From NCBI GenBank assembly GCA_017630735.1, contig JAGBUS010000099.1, positions 19 to 64,018 on the forward strand: a stretch of 64,000 nt of DNA. Reading direction: 5' to 3'. The position numbers and the translations under genes were made by a program. This document shows, piece by piece, positions 48,112 through 57,894 of the stretch (its first letter is position 1; the number at the start of each line of letters is the position of its first letter). Source of the stretch: Alistipes sp. (GTDB taxonomy: Bacteria > Bacteroidota > Bacteroidia > Bacteroidales > Rikenellaceae). The notes beneath the pieces were generated by a model that was given only the letters and a program-made list of their open reading frames with translations, did no database searches and was not told the origin of the DNA.

Positions 48112-49131
48112 ATGGCACATAGAGTTGTTATTGTAGGCGGTGGTGCTGCAGGTATTCAAACAGCACTCGAACTTAAGAGCAGAGGGATAGAGCCGATTAT
48201 TGTAGAACGAGACATCGAGCTTGGTGGCAAGGCGCGTGGCTGGCATAAGCTATTTCCTCTGTTTACCCCTGCCAAAGATATTATAGACCCTCTTATTGCA
48301 CGTTTACGCGAGGAACGCATCCGCTGTTTCTATGGTCAGGAGGTAACCGAGATAGCCTCCGACGGTGTTGTGCTACGCTCAGGGGAGCGCATCCCTGGAG
48401 ATGCTGTTGTAGTTGCTACGGGCTTTACTCTCTTCGATGCACATCGCAAGCAGGAGTATGGCTACGGGCTCTACGACAACGTTATAACATCCGTAGATTT
48501 AGAGCGCATGATGAATAGCGGTCGCGTAGTGTTGACCGATGGTAGCGAGCCTCGTCGCATAGCCTTCCTTCACTGTGTAGGCTCGCGCGACGAGAAGGTC
48601 GACCAAAAGCATTGCTCAAAGGTATGCTGCATCACAGGAGTAAAACAAGCCATTGAAATAAAGCAGATGTTCCCCGATGCCGACGTCTTCAATTTTTATA
48701 TGGATATTCGCATGTATGGTCCTGGATATGAGGAGCTATATCGCTCGGCACAGCAGGATTACAACATACACTTCATACGTGGCAGGATATCTGAAGCGGC
48801 TGAGACAATAAACAAACGTATTCAGATTAAAGCAGAGGACACGCTCACAGGTCGCCCACTACGCATGACCGTAGACATGCTCGTTCTGTTAGTAGGCATG
48901 AGTGCCAACTACGAAAATAAGAATCTTGCACAATCTGCAGGCATACCATTAGCCCCAAATGGTTATTTCCGTACACAAGATAGCTTCTTAGGTAGCGTAA
49001 CATGTGAGCGCGAGGGAATATTCTTTGCTGGAGCAGCCACAGCACCCAAGAGCCTTGCCGACACTCTTGCCGAAGCCTCGCTTACAGCAAGTGCTGTGTG
49101 CAACTATATCAAGGTTAAATATACGAAATAG
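48112..49131 (+). CDS. hdrA: Short heterodisulfide reductase subunit A-like flavoprotein
   Basis: GGGAAG, VATGF..FD, EYGYG...NVITS, HCVGSRD...CSKVCC, FYMDIR; no ferredoxin insert. Confidence 0.85.
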   Translation: MAHRVVIVGGGAAGIQTALELKSRGIEPIIVERDIELGGKARGWHKLFPLFTPAKDIIDPLIARLREERIRCFYGQEVTEIASDGVVLRSGERIPGDAVVVATGFTLFDAHRKQEYGYGLYDNVITSVDLERMMNSGRVVLTDGSEPRRIAFLHCVGSRDEKVDQKHCSKVCCITGVKQAIEIKQMFPDADVFNFYMDIRMYGPGYEELYRSAQQDYNIHFIRGRISEAAETINKRIQIKAEDTLTGRPLRMTVDMLVLLVGMSANYENKNLAQSAGIPLAPNGYFRTQDSFLGSVTCEREGIFFAGAATAPKSLADTLAEASLTASAVCNYIKVKYTK

Positions 49132-49141
49132 TCATTAATGT

Positions 49142-49477
49142 ATGCGAAGTCTAAATTTTGGTTACGCAATTAGTCATCCTCGCGCTATTGACATGGATAA
49201 CAACGACTTACGCAAAAGTCGCGCTATAATTGAGGAGATGCCAGAGCTACAAGCATGTATTAGTTGTGGTTCGTGCACTGCATCATGCACTGCTGGCAAT
49301 ATCACCAACTTTAACTTCCGCAAACTACACACATCGGTACGACGCGGTGAGTATAAGGGTGCCTACGAGGAGCTTAACAAATGTATGCTATGTGGCAAAT
49401 GTCGCTTGGTGTGCCCTCGCGGCATTAACACACGCGGCTTAATAATGCTTATCAAACGTAAACTTGGCGACTTTTAA
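49142..49477 (+). CDS. Small HdrC-like 2x[4Fe-4S] protein
   Basis: CISCGSCTASC and CMLCGKCRLVCPRG. Confidence 0.8.
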   Translation: MRSLNFGYAISHPRAIDMDNNDLRKSRAIIEEMPELQACISCGSCTASCTAGNITNFNFRKLHTSVRRGEYKGAYEELNKCMLCGKCRLVCPRGINTRGLIMLIKRKLGDF

Positions 49478-49488
49478 AGTGTAGACCT

Positions 49489-51288
49489 ATGACATTCTTT
49501 GCCCCATTCACCATACCATTCATTGTTGGCTCTATTGTAATGTTTGCAATAATAGCCACAAAATGGATTACATGGATTATCCAACTACCGAAGGTTGATA
49601 GACGACTTATGCGCCATAATCTCCTTACACGCAAAACATTATATGCTATATGGGAGGTAATACGCGAGTCCCTCCTCCACGTGCGCATATTCAGAGTCAA
49701 CCCCTTACTCGGATTTATGCACATGTCGTTAGCCTTTGGCTGGTTTCTTCTTATTGTCGTTGGCTGGATAGAGACGACGGTATACCTCGGCTGGCAGATG
49801 ATACCCCTACAAGGTCACGTTTTCTTCAAATATTTCGCTCCTCTAAATGGTATAGATACCCATATTCATCTTTTTGACCATTTGATGGATGCACTGCTAC
49901 TATTTGTCCTTATAGGCGTTGCTTTGGCATGGTTTAAGCGTTTCCGCGCACGCGCTATGGGTATGCGCCGCACAACACGCCATAGACTTCTCGATAGAGT
50001 GGCACTCACGGCATTATGGTTTATCTTCCCTGCACGCCTTATTGCCGAGAGTATAACATCCGCCATATATGGCAATGGAGGCTTCCTTACAGGAGGCATC
50101 GGAGGATGGCTGAACAACATCATCCACCACGATATACTCGTCGCGCTTTATGAGCCATCATGGTGGATATATTCATCGCTGCTTGGAGCATTCTTTATCG
50201 CACTACCCTTTTCGCGATACATGCATATCTTCACCGAGATACCCCTTATATTTTTACGACAATGGCAGTTGCGCCCAACATCTGAACGTAAGTCGTATGA
50301 CAACTTCGAGATTGCTGCATGCTCACGCTGTGGCATTTGTATCGACCCCTGCCAACTACAAAGCGACTTAGGAATAAACGACACACAATCAGTCTACTAC
50401 CTGCGAGATAGACGATACAACATGCTCACCCTCAAGGTTGCTAATAACTGCCTTATGTGTGGTCGCTGCGAGGCGGTGTGCCCCGTAGGCATCAACCTAT
50501 CCACCCTACGCCTTAACTCGCGCGCTAAACGCCGTAACATACCACACGAAGGACGATATAAATATTTTGCAGGCATTGACCGCTCAAACGGCTCTGGTAA
50601 GATTGGCTACTTTGCCGGATGCATGACCACACTAACCCCAAGTGTTCAACGCTCCATGGAGAAGATATTTGAGGCTGTAGGCGACGAAGTATGGTATGCC
50701 GACAAAGATGGCGGAGTATGTTGTGGTCGTCCCCTTATGCTTTCAGGCGAGACCGACGCAGCACGTAAAATGGTGGTGTATAATACAGATCTCTTCCGTC
50801 GCTACGAAATCACAACACTCATCACAAGCTGCCCTATATGCCTACGTGTATTTAAGGAGAGTTATCGCTTGGATGGCATCGAGGTGCTACACCATAGCCA
50901 ATATATCGATCGCCTTATAGCTGATGGTCGCCTTATGCTCGATGCAAGTAGCGAGGTATTCACCTACCACGACCCCTGTGAGCTGGGTCGCGGACTAGGC
51001 ATCTACGATGAGCCTCGAAATATCCTCACTACCCTTGGCAGTCTTAGAGAGCCTTGGCATAATAGAGACAATGCGCTATGCTGTGGCTCCTCACTAGCAA
51101 ATACGATTATCGACGACCAGCAACAACGTCGCATAGCAGAACGCATGACCACCGAGCTGGATGCCACAAAGTGCCATACGATTGTTACTGCGTGCCCGCT
51201 ATGCAACAAAGCAATATCCCGTACCGCACACCACCCTACGCAAGATATAGCGGAGGTTGTCGCACGCAACATCCATCAAAATTGTTAA
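49489..51288 (+). CDS. Membrane Fe-S oxidoreductase: NarI/HdrE-like TM domain + ferredoxin + two CCG domains
   Basis: Several TMs with His (GFMH, SRYMHIF); CSRCGICIDPC, CLMCGRCEAVCP; CCG..CP.C twice; YHDPCELGR. Confidence 0.8.
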   Translation: MTFFAPFTIPFIVGSIVMFAIIATKWITWIIQLPKVDRRLMRHNLLTRKTLYAIWEVIRESLLHVRIFRVNPLLGFMHMSLAFGWFLLIVVGWIETTVYLGWQMIPLQGHVFFKYFAPLNGIDTHIHLFDHLMDALLLFVLIGVALAWFKRFRARAMGMRRTTRHRLLDRVALTALWFIFPARLIAESITSAIYGNGGFLTGGIGGWLNNIIHHDILVALYEPSWWIYSSLLGAFFIALPFSRYMHIFTEIPLIFLRQWQLRPTSERKSYDNFEIAACSRCGICIDPCQLQSDLGINDTQSVYYLRDRRYNMLTLKVANNCLMCGRCEAVCPVGINLSTLRLNSRAKRRNIPHEGRYKYFAGIDRSNGSGKIGYFAGCMTTLTPSVQRSMEKIFEAVGDEVWYADKDGGVCCGRPLMLSGETDAARKMVVYNTDLFRRYEITTLITSCPICLRVFKESYRLDGIEVLHHSQYIDRLIADGRLMLDASSEVFTYHDPCELGRGLGIYDEPRNILTTLGSLREPWHNRDNALCCGSSLANTIIDDQQQRRIAERMTTELDATKCHTIVTACPLCNKAISRTAHHPTQDIAEVVARNIHQNC

Positions 51289-51430
51289 CAACCTGTATAA
51301 CTGCATATTAACAATCTCTACCGCAAAATAATATTGAAAATTTTAAATAATTATTTGGAGTGTTGGAATATTTGTATTATCTTTGCACTCACAATTAAGG
51401 AAAAACGGCATACGCCATTTAACGATACAT

Positions 51431-51503
51431 CGCGGGGTAGAGCAGTTGGCAGCTCGTCGGGCTCATAACCCGGAGGTCGGAGGTTCGAGTCCTCCCCCCG
51501 CTA
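51431..51503 (+). tRNA. Initiator tRNA-fMet(CAT)
   Basis: Unpaired C1, GGG/CCC anticodon stem with CAT, GGTTCGAGTCC; terminator at ~51507-51540. Confidence 0.95.
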
Positions 51504-51578
51504 CTTAAAAGGAGAAACTTAACGGTTTCTCCTTTTTTTTGTAGCGGGGGTCGGCCTCGAACGGCTCACATTTACATT

Positions 51579-51610
51579 CCCCCTAAATCCCCCTTTGACA
51601 AAGGGGGACT
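51579..51610. repeat. REP-like palindrome
   Basis: ccccctaaatccccctttg-a-caaagggggact hairpin without U-tract. Confidence 0.45.
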
Positions 51611-51836
51611 TGTGGCAAGACCTTGTCTTGCATTGCTTCGCAATATATGTGGCTATCTGATACACAGTGTAGTATTTCAAAGAACAAGTTATAGTTTGTG
51701 GTTCGATAGCTGCGTGATTCTTTGTCCCATTTTACAGTGATCCGTAATACTTGGTCAAAGAGTCCTCTAAAGGCTATTTACTAAAGCATATGTTTCGGAA
51801 TATCAACTTGTGAGATTTGCGGAACTCACTCTTATG

Positions 51837-51877
51837 CATTATTGGCAATCGGTAGTTAGCTCTGTCGACTGCCTTTT
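51837..51877 (+). repeat. Direct repeat / terminator hairpin, left of the ECF pair
   Basis: cattattggcaatcggtagttagc..tg.cga.tgcctttt; second copy at 53312-53352. Confidence 0.75.
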
Positions 51878-51964
51878 TTAGTATTTTTGCGTGTGTGTTA
51901 AGTCTTTTTCGAACTTTGAGCGTTATATATTCGGAAGCGCGTTTCCAACAAACGACAACAAATT

Positions 51965-52477
51965 ATGAAACTAACAACCGAAAACAAACAACTCACTCGC
52001 CTCGCTGAGCTAATGCAGCTAGAGCGCGACCACCTGTTTCAATACGCCTGCTATCGGTTAGGGTCTGCCACAGAGGCTGACGACGTGGTGCAAGACCTCT
52101 ACCTAAGGCTCTGGAAACAAGGCGCACGACTTGCCGAGATTGAAGACCTGAAAGGCTATGTTTATCGTTCATTGATAAATAGTTGTACTTCAGCTTTACG
52201 CTCTCGACGACAGTTTGCAACTACCGAAACGCTCGATACATTGAGTAGCGATGACCTCGCTCCGAAAGATTTCGAACAAGAGTTTCGATTGATAGAGCGA
52301 TTGATGGCACTCCTACCTGATGAGCAGAGCGAGGTGATCCGATTGCGAATCTATGGCGGTCGTCAATTTGACGAGATTGCCTCGATTTGCAACATTCCTC
52401 TAACAACGGCCAAATCGCGTTTTCGCTATGGCATTGACAAGTTGCGTGAAGCCCTCGAAAAACGCGGGCTGATTTAA
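51965..52477 (+). CDS. ECF-type RNA polymerase sigma factor
   Basis: Region 2 EADDVVQDLYLRLW; region 4 LP....EVI.LR......EIA....P..T.KSR. Confidence 0.9.
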   Translation: MKLTTENKQLTRLAELMQLERDHLFQYACYRLGSATEADDVVQDLYLRLWKQGARLAEIEDLKGYVYRSLINSCTSALRSRRQFATTETLDTLSSDDLAPKDFEQEFRLIERLMALLPDEQSEVIRLRIYGGRQFDEIASICNIPLTTAKSRFRYGIDKLREALEKRGLI

Positions 52478-52500
52478 TCCACTACAAAAAGAGCAACATT

Positions 52501-53247
52501 ATGAAAACTAACAACAATTTAGACAATTTTTCGGATAATCGCGTTGTGAATCTTCTCACACCACGTTTTACACCTACAACATCACTCGAATTTAAAGCAC
52601 CTACACCACGCCGACGTCCGCTCTGGCAGGCAATACGCATTGGTACCGTTGCGGCTATGGTTGCAGTGGTAGTTGTCATCGGCATTAGCGGAGTGCAGAC
52701 CAGCACCGCCCGCGATGTTGTCGAGCGAGCAATGACTCAACTTCTCGAATCGGATAACTACCTCGTTCAATTCACTGCAAATGTTACCGAGAACAAGAAC
52801 TCACGGGAGCTCTATGATATTGATTTCGATGGCACTCCGAGGAAGGGTATCGTTGAGATTCGCAAAGAGGAGTCGAATGTTATAATGGCTATCAAATGGC
52901 AGGACGAGGCTCGTACTATGGAACTCTATAATGGCGAGAGCTATCAACGCTACCAGAATGGACAATTAGTACTCGAACGTCCCCACGGAGGAATCGACCT
53001 CTCCCCGCTTGCCTCACTCGAAAAATTGAAACCGTATGCTGCTGCAATGGGCTGGTTGCTTAAATTCCGCGAGGAGGGCGATATGGTCTTAGTCAGCACC
53101 AGGGGCGACAAGGTCGAGATAGTTGCCCGTTTCTCAAAAAGCGAGGGTCGCCTGCTCGGTGTCGAGTGCTCAGGGCCATACAACGGTCAGCAGGTAACGG
53201 TACTCACCGTTGAGCGTATTGACTTCGATGTGCCACCCACTGAGTAG
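52501..53247 (+). CDS. Single-TM putative anti-sigma factor with a possibly LolA-like periplasmic domain
   Basis: Directly after the ECF sigma; one TM (IGTVAAMVAVVVVIGI) then a beta-rich domain. Confidence 0.55.
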   Translation: MKTNNNLDNFSDNRVVNLLTPRFTPTTSLEFKAPTPRRRPLWQAIRIGTVAAMVAVVVVIGISGVQTSTARDVVERAMTQLLESDNYLVQFTANVTENKNSRELYDIDFDGTPRKGIVEIRKEESNVIMAIKWQDEARTMELYNGESYQRYQNGQLVLERPHGGIDLSPLASLEKLKPYAAAMGWLLKFREEGDMVLVSTRGDKVEIVARFSKSEGRLLGVECSGPYNGQQVTVLTVERIDFDVPPTE

Positions 53248-53311
53248 GTACTAAATATCCTTTTATGACAATACCTCCCCCTTGGGAACTTTCCGCTTAT
53301 AAACTCTAATT

Positions 53312-53352
53312 CATTATTGGCAATCGGTAGTTAGCGCTGCCGATTGCCTTTT
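53312..53352 (+). terminator. Terminator of the ECF pair; direct repeat of 51837-51877
   Basis: ggcaatcggtag/ctgccgattgcc + tttt. Confidence 0.75.
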
Positions 53353-53593
53353 CATATCTTTATACCCAACGTCATAAATCTAATAACACGCTCAAAGTTA
53401 TCTACAAATCGGTTAGAAATTTCGATATGGTATCCTACTAAAGAGGACAAAGTTTTTCCTCTTTTGGCTTATTGGTCAAAATTAGTAGATGAAATCGGAG
53501 CAAAAGATTGATTTTCTTATATTTACACCATTTGAGTTAAAATGGATAAAAAGTATGTCCCAAATATGGGCGTCATACCCTCGTCAGCTGAGG

Positions 53594-55987
53594 CTACTTA
53601 ATGCTTGGTATGTCAACCTCGCTTACATCCGATATAGGCTTAACAAAATTCACTACCGAGTCGACACTCATATCCGACAAGCCATTCTCCAATAGCGTAT
53701 TAAACAACGCCTCCTTAACATGCGATATACCCTCGTCGTACTTATATACAGATATCCACACCTGGGCAATCATGTTAATATGCAGGCGGTCACTCGAATC
53801 AAATAATATTATCGGATATGGAGACTTCGCCACCTCAGGGACTTTCTCTACAAGTGCCTGAGCAAGCATCTCACGCACCTTGTATGAATCAATCTCCTTC
53901 TGCACCTTAAAGGCTATATGCAGACGCTGATAGTTGCCTGAGAAGCTGATATTCTTGAAATCCTTATCGAAGAACTGATTGTTAAAGATTGAAACGATAG
54001 CACCGTCGTCTGTCTCAATAAGCGTTGTGCGGTACTGAATGTCGATTACCTTGCCACGACAACGGTCACCAAACTCAACATAGTCACCAATCTTTATACG
54101 ACCCATCATCAAGATTATACCACACAACAGGCAGTCGAAGGTATCGCGTAGCGCAACACCAAGACCAATGGCAAGACCACCAAGAGCGGCAAGAATACCG
54201 ATGTAATTAACACCCATATGCGCCAAAGTCGATATGATGAATAGTCCCCACACAAGAATTGCAAAGACATGACGACACAGGTTAATGGCTCCCACATCAG
54301 CCCTCTCCTTAAAATATGCTCTAAGGATATAGTTCACAAGACGGATAAAGTAGTTTATCAGTATTATGTTTACAATGGTAAAGAGGATGAGTTTTATCGA
54401 AATATATACGATGCCCGGTAGATCAATGAAGTGGTAGTTGAATAGTTTGGTAAACCACTCCTTAATGCTAAAAATATGCACACACTCAAGGACACAGACA
54501 GCATAGACGATAAATACGGACATCGGCTTGAATAGCCATGTAAATGTAAATGGTCGCCACGACTTCTGATACGCAGTCTTATCAATAGCGATGTGTCTAC
54601 TCTCGATACGGTGTAGGTAGCTGAAGAAGCATGAGAGAATGAGGTGACCAATAATGAATATTGACCACGACAATGTCACGTATATAGAGAGGTAGTAGTA
54701 GCCGAAGAAGTTCATCCCGAAGCATACGATAAATACCAATACTGCCAACAAACTAACATAACGGTCGAGTGCCAAAAGTCGGCGATGCATGTGCGTAATC
54801 ACATATATCTGCGCTATGATAAATAGCAACAAGAGGATGGGATATGTTATTCGGATGACATTTATATCGACCAATAACATACGGTATAGGATGATAACCA
54901 GCGACATGGCAATTGTCGGCATGTACGACAACATCGTAGGCACAAGCAGATTGCTATTGATGCGCAGGAGCACACTACAATTCATCAACACATACATCAT
55001 ACACACCTCAATGGCGAGGTTGAGTGCCGAGGCGAAGAAGGGGTTGTCTGTGAAGGCGACCCTAATGATGAAGTATGTCACGGTAACTGCCATCCAGCCG
55101 CAAAAAAGCGAGAAGATAATACGGTGTTTGTGTATGAGTTCCCATCTGCGGAATAACCCCCTATGGTGCACAAAGAGCGCAAGCAAAAGACCAACTATGA
55201 ATGCAATGAGTCCCGAAACAATGATAAACTGTCTCTCTGAATTCCACTTCTCCTGGAACTCCCAGCCGTAGTAATGCTCATCAAAGAAGATGCCCTTAAG
55301 AGTATTGGCACACCCCTTCCAGTTCTCCGCGAACTTCATACCAAAGACCACGTGTGTGGGCTGTTGGTCAGGGGTTAAAAGAAGTGAGTTTAGAATATAG
55401 TTATAGTTATTGTTAATCTCTGTCTGAAGTGTTGCGACCTGAGCCACCAGCATCCTATATCTCTCAACATCCTGCTCAATCTCTGCGAGGAGCTTGTTGT
55501 GATTGATAAGCACCGACTCAAGATACCTTAAACCCTCGATGCGACCACGTCTTGCCTCGTCATCCAAAAATTCGGGGTCTATATCGTTTAATGTCTGGTA
55601 CAACAGCTTGCATCGCTCCTGCGCACGGTCGTAACTCTCCTTCCACTGTTTTATAGGGAAGTCCGTGCGATGGAAGTCGTCACACAGATTCTGCGCCACC
55701 TCAGCAGCGTATGCCGTACCAAATGTATACTGCTCCTGCTGCGAGTAGAGACTCAACATTGCAGATGTCAACTCCTTGTTGAACCTATCCAACTTCTCTC
55801 TGTACTCGCCACGCGCAAGGAGAAAGTCGTTCTGAATGGTTGTTACATGCTCTGCGAACACCTTAAGTTCCGAGCGGAGCATAATCACAGTCTCGTTAAT
55901 ACTGTAACCCCTAAGCACAGCATGTGTAGGATGCGCACTAAAGAGTAAGACAAGCATGACTGTCAACAAATAAAACAATCGTTTCAT
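53594..55987 (-). CDS. Large MscS-family mechanosensitive channel (MscK-like architecture)
   Basis: Signal peptide, helical periplasmic region, many TMs, GL.IGLG.AL, IKIGD.V....G.V..I..RTT. Confidence 0.85.
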   Translation of the reverse strand: MKRLFYLLTVMLVLLFSAHPTHAVLRGYSINETVIMLRSELKVFAEHVTTIQNDFLLARGEYREKLDRFNKELTSAMLSLYSQQEQYTFGTAYAAEVAQNLCDDFHRTDFPIKQWKESYDRAQERCKLLYQTLNDIDPEFLDDEARRGRIEGLRYLESVLINHNKLLAEIEQDVERYRMLVAQVATLQTEINNNYNYILNSLLLTPDQQPTHVVFGMKFAENWKGCANTLKGIFFDEHYYGWEFQEKWNSERQFIIVSGLIAFIVGLLLALFVHHRGLFRRWELIHKHRIIFSLFCGWMAVTVTYFIIRVAFTDNPFFASALNLAIEVCMMYVLMNCSVLLRINSNLLVPTMLSYMPTIAMSLVIILYRMLLVDINVIRITYPILLLLFIIAQIYVITHMHRRLLALDRYVSLLAVLVFIVCFGMNFFGYYYLSIYVTLSWSIFIIGHLILSCFFSYLHRIESRHIAIDKTAYQKSWRPFTFTWLFKPMSVFIVYAVCVLECVHIFSIKEWFTKLFNYHFIDLPGIVYISIKLILFTIVNIILINYFIRLVNYILRAYFKERADVGAINLCRHVFAILVWGLFIISTLAHMGVNYIGILAALGGLAIGLGVALRDTFDCLLCGIILMMGRIKIGDYVEFGDRCRGKVIDIQYRTTLIETDDGAIVSIFNNQFFDKDFKNISFSGNYQRLHIAFKVQKEIDSYKVREMLAQALVEKVPEVAKSPYPIILFDSSDRLHINMIAQVWISVYKYDEGISHVKEALFNTLLENGLSDMSVDSVVNFVKPISDVSEVDIPSIK

Positions 55988-56173
55988 ATATAAGTCCCCG
56001 AGTTAGTAGTATCGAATTGCACAAAGTTAGTAAAAAATCACATACATCGTCTTTTAGACAAAAGTTTTTTATAGACTTTTTAACCACTTTTCAAACAGCC
56101 ACTTTAATAATTGGGGCTTATTGGTCAAACCATGACTATACAAAAAAACGACCCTCGAATGAGAGTCGTTGTG

Positions 56174-56244
56174 TTGGGCTACCTGGATTCGAACCAAGAA
56201 TGACAGGACCAGAATCTGTAGTGTTACCATTACACCATAGCCCA
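56174..56244 (-). tRNA. tRNA-Gln(CTG)
   Basis: tgggcta/tagccca acceptor stem, anticodon loop TTCTGGT, GGTTCGAATCC. Confidence 0.93.
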
Positions 56245-56374
56245 ATAATTTTGTTTTGACGGTGCAAAAGTAGAACAATATTTTGAAATAACAAAGGATT
56301 TTGCAAAAAATTTTCATATCTTTGTTAAGATTTTTGCAATATACTCGAAAAGTAACGTATAAAACATATTGATT

Positions 56375-57706
56375 ATGAACAACATCAAGTCACGATTAAT
56401 CGTAATGAATTTTCTGCAGTTTGCAGTGTGGGGAGCCTATCTTACATGCGTAGGACAGTTCTTGGGACGTGTAGGCTTAGGTGCTTACATCTCGTGGTTC
56501 TATGTTGCGCAGGGCGTAGTATCAATCTTTATGCCTGCAATTATGGGTATCATCGCCGACAAGTATGTACAACCACAACGCCTTCTCGGTATCTCACATC
56601 TCCTTGCCGGAGGCTTCATGCTCGTTGCAGCATACTTTGGCATTCAGGCTACGGACCTCGCGGTGGCAAATGCTGCGAATGCCGACTACGTGGCAAACAT
56701 CTGGCCTATCTTCATCCCTTATGTTTTGAGTGTAGCATTCTACATGCCTACCATAGCATTGTCAAATACAGTAGCTTTTGGCACGCTCACACGCTCAGGC
56801 TTGGACTTTGTCAAGGCATTCCCACCTATCCGCACATTGGGAACAGTGGGTTTCATAGCCTCAATGTGGCTTGTAAATAGCGTATCGTTTGGCTTGGCAG
56901 AGAACGCACAGTTTACCTATATGCAGCTTATAATCTGCGGTGTGTTGGGTGTGATACTTGGTGGCTACTCATTCACTCTACCAGAGTGTCCGCTCACCAA
57001 AAGCGAAGAGAAGAAGAGCCTCGCGGAACGTTTGGGTCTCGATGCATTCGTGCTCTTCAAGTCTAAGACTATGGCTATGTTCTTTATCTTCTCGATGCTT
57101 TTAGGTGTGTCGTTGCAGATTACTAACGGCTATGCTACATCCTATATCAATAGCTTCCAGAGCATCTCAGCTGACTGGTTTGCATCAAACCCTACGATGC
57201 TTGTCTCAATATCGCAGATTTCCGAGGCATTGTGTATCCTTATGACCGCCTTCTTCCTCCGCCGCTTCGGCATTAAGAACGTTATGCTCATCGCGATGTT
57301 CGCATGGGTATTGCGCTTTGGACTCTTCGGCTTAGGCACAACGACCACAACCATTGGCGTTGTGGCACTCATAGCATCATGCTTGGTATATGGCGTGGCA
57401 TTCGACTTCTTCAACGTGTCGGGAGCGATGTTCGTGCAGCAGGAGGCACCTCAGAGCATGCAGGGCAGCGCACAGGGATTGTTCATGCTTATGACAAACG
57501 GTATCGGTGCTTCGGTGGGTACCTATATCGCTGGTAAGGTTGTAGACCACTTCTGCACCTGGGAGGGCGGATATCTCGTGTCACGTCCAGAGTTTGCTGG
57601 CGAGGGCTGGGAGACCACATGGTTTATCTTCGCGGGCTACGCCCTCGTTGTGGCACTCGCATTTATGCTTTTGTTCCGCTATAAGCACGACCCAAAACGC
57701 TTTTAA
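56375..57706 (+). CDS. MFS nucleoside:H+ symporter (NupG/XapB family)
   Basis: MNFLQFAVWGA, G.IADK, FYMPTIALSN, FPPIR.LGT.GF, SQISE, FDFFN. Confidence 0.85.
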   Translation: MNNIKSRLIVMNFLQFAVWGAYLTCVGQFLGRVGLGAYISWFYVAQGVVSIFMPAIMGIIADKYVQPQRLLGISHLLAGGFMLVAAYFGIQATDLAVANAANADYVANIWPIFIPYVLSVAFYMPTIALSNTVAFGTLTRSGLDFVKAFPPIRTLGTVGFIASMWLVNSVSFGLAENAQFTYMQLIICGVLGVILGGYSFTLPECPLTKSEEKKSLAERLGLDAFVLFKSKTMAMFFIFSMLLGVSLQITNGYATSYINSFQSISADWFASNPTMLVSISQISEALCILMTAFFLRRFGIKNVMLIAMFAWVLRFGLFGLGTTTTTIGVVALIASCLVYGVAFDFFNVSGAMFVQQEAPQSMQGSAQGLFMLMTNGIGASVGTYIAGKVVDHFCTWEGGYLVSRPEFAGEGWETTWFIFAGYALVVALAFMLLFRYKHDPKRF

Positions 57707-57710
57707 GGGG

Positions 57711-57885
57711 GAAAGTGAAAAGTGAAAGGTGAACTTTGCGTTTAAGGTGAGAGCAGAACAAGTTTACTTGTTTTGCCGAGCCGTAGCAAAGTAGAGGCAT
57801 TACGTAGTTTTGCCTTTGCCTCAAAAGTATGGTGTCTGCGACACTCTTATTCACTAATAATTTCTCTCTTCTCATTACTAACTTG
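57711..57885. repeat. Intergenic REP-like element with heptamer-repeat flanks
   Basis: aaagtga tandem units at left, pyrimidine-rich loosely complementary units at right, central gcagaacaagt/acttgttttgc hairpin. Confidence 0.45.
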
Positions 57886-57894
57886 TAACTGGTT

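Noticed and set aside
46316-51288. Methanogenesis, archaeal contamination or selenocysteine recoding in the hdr cluster
   Set aside because: Bacteroidota-type promoter and context, no other methanogenesis genes, and the ORFs are complete with Cys ligands and no in-frame TGA
51611-51836. Possible gene remnant between tRNA-fMet and the ECF sigma
   Set aside because: The frames I translated contain stops and gave no recognisable protein
56017-56317. ORFs 56017-56259(+) and 56069-56317(-)
   Set aside because: They run through tRNA-Gln and its flanking signals
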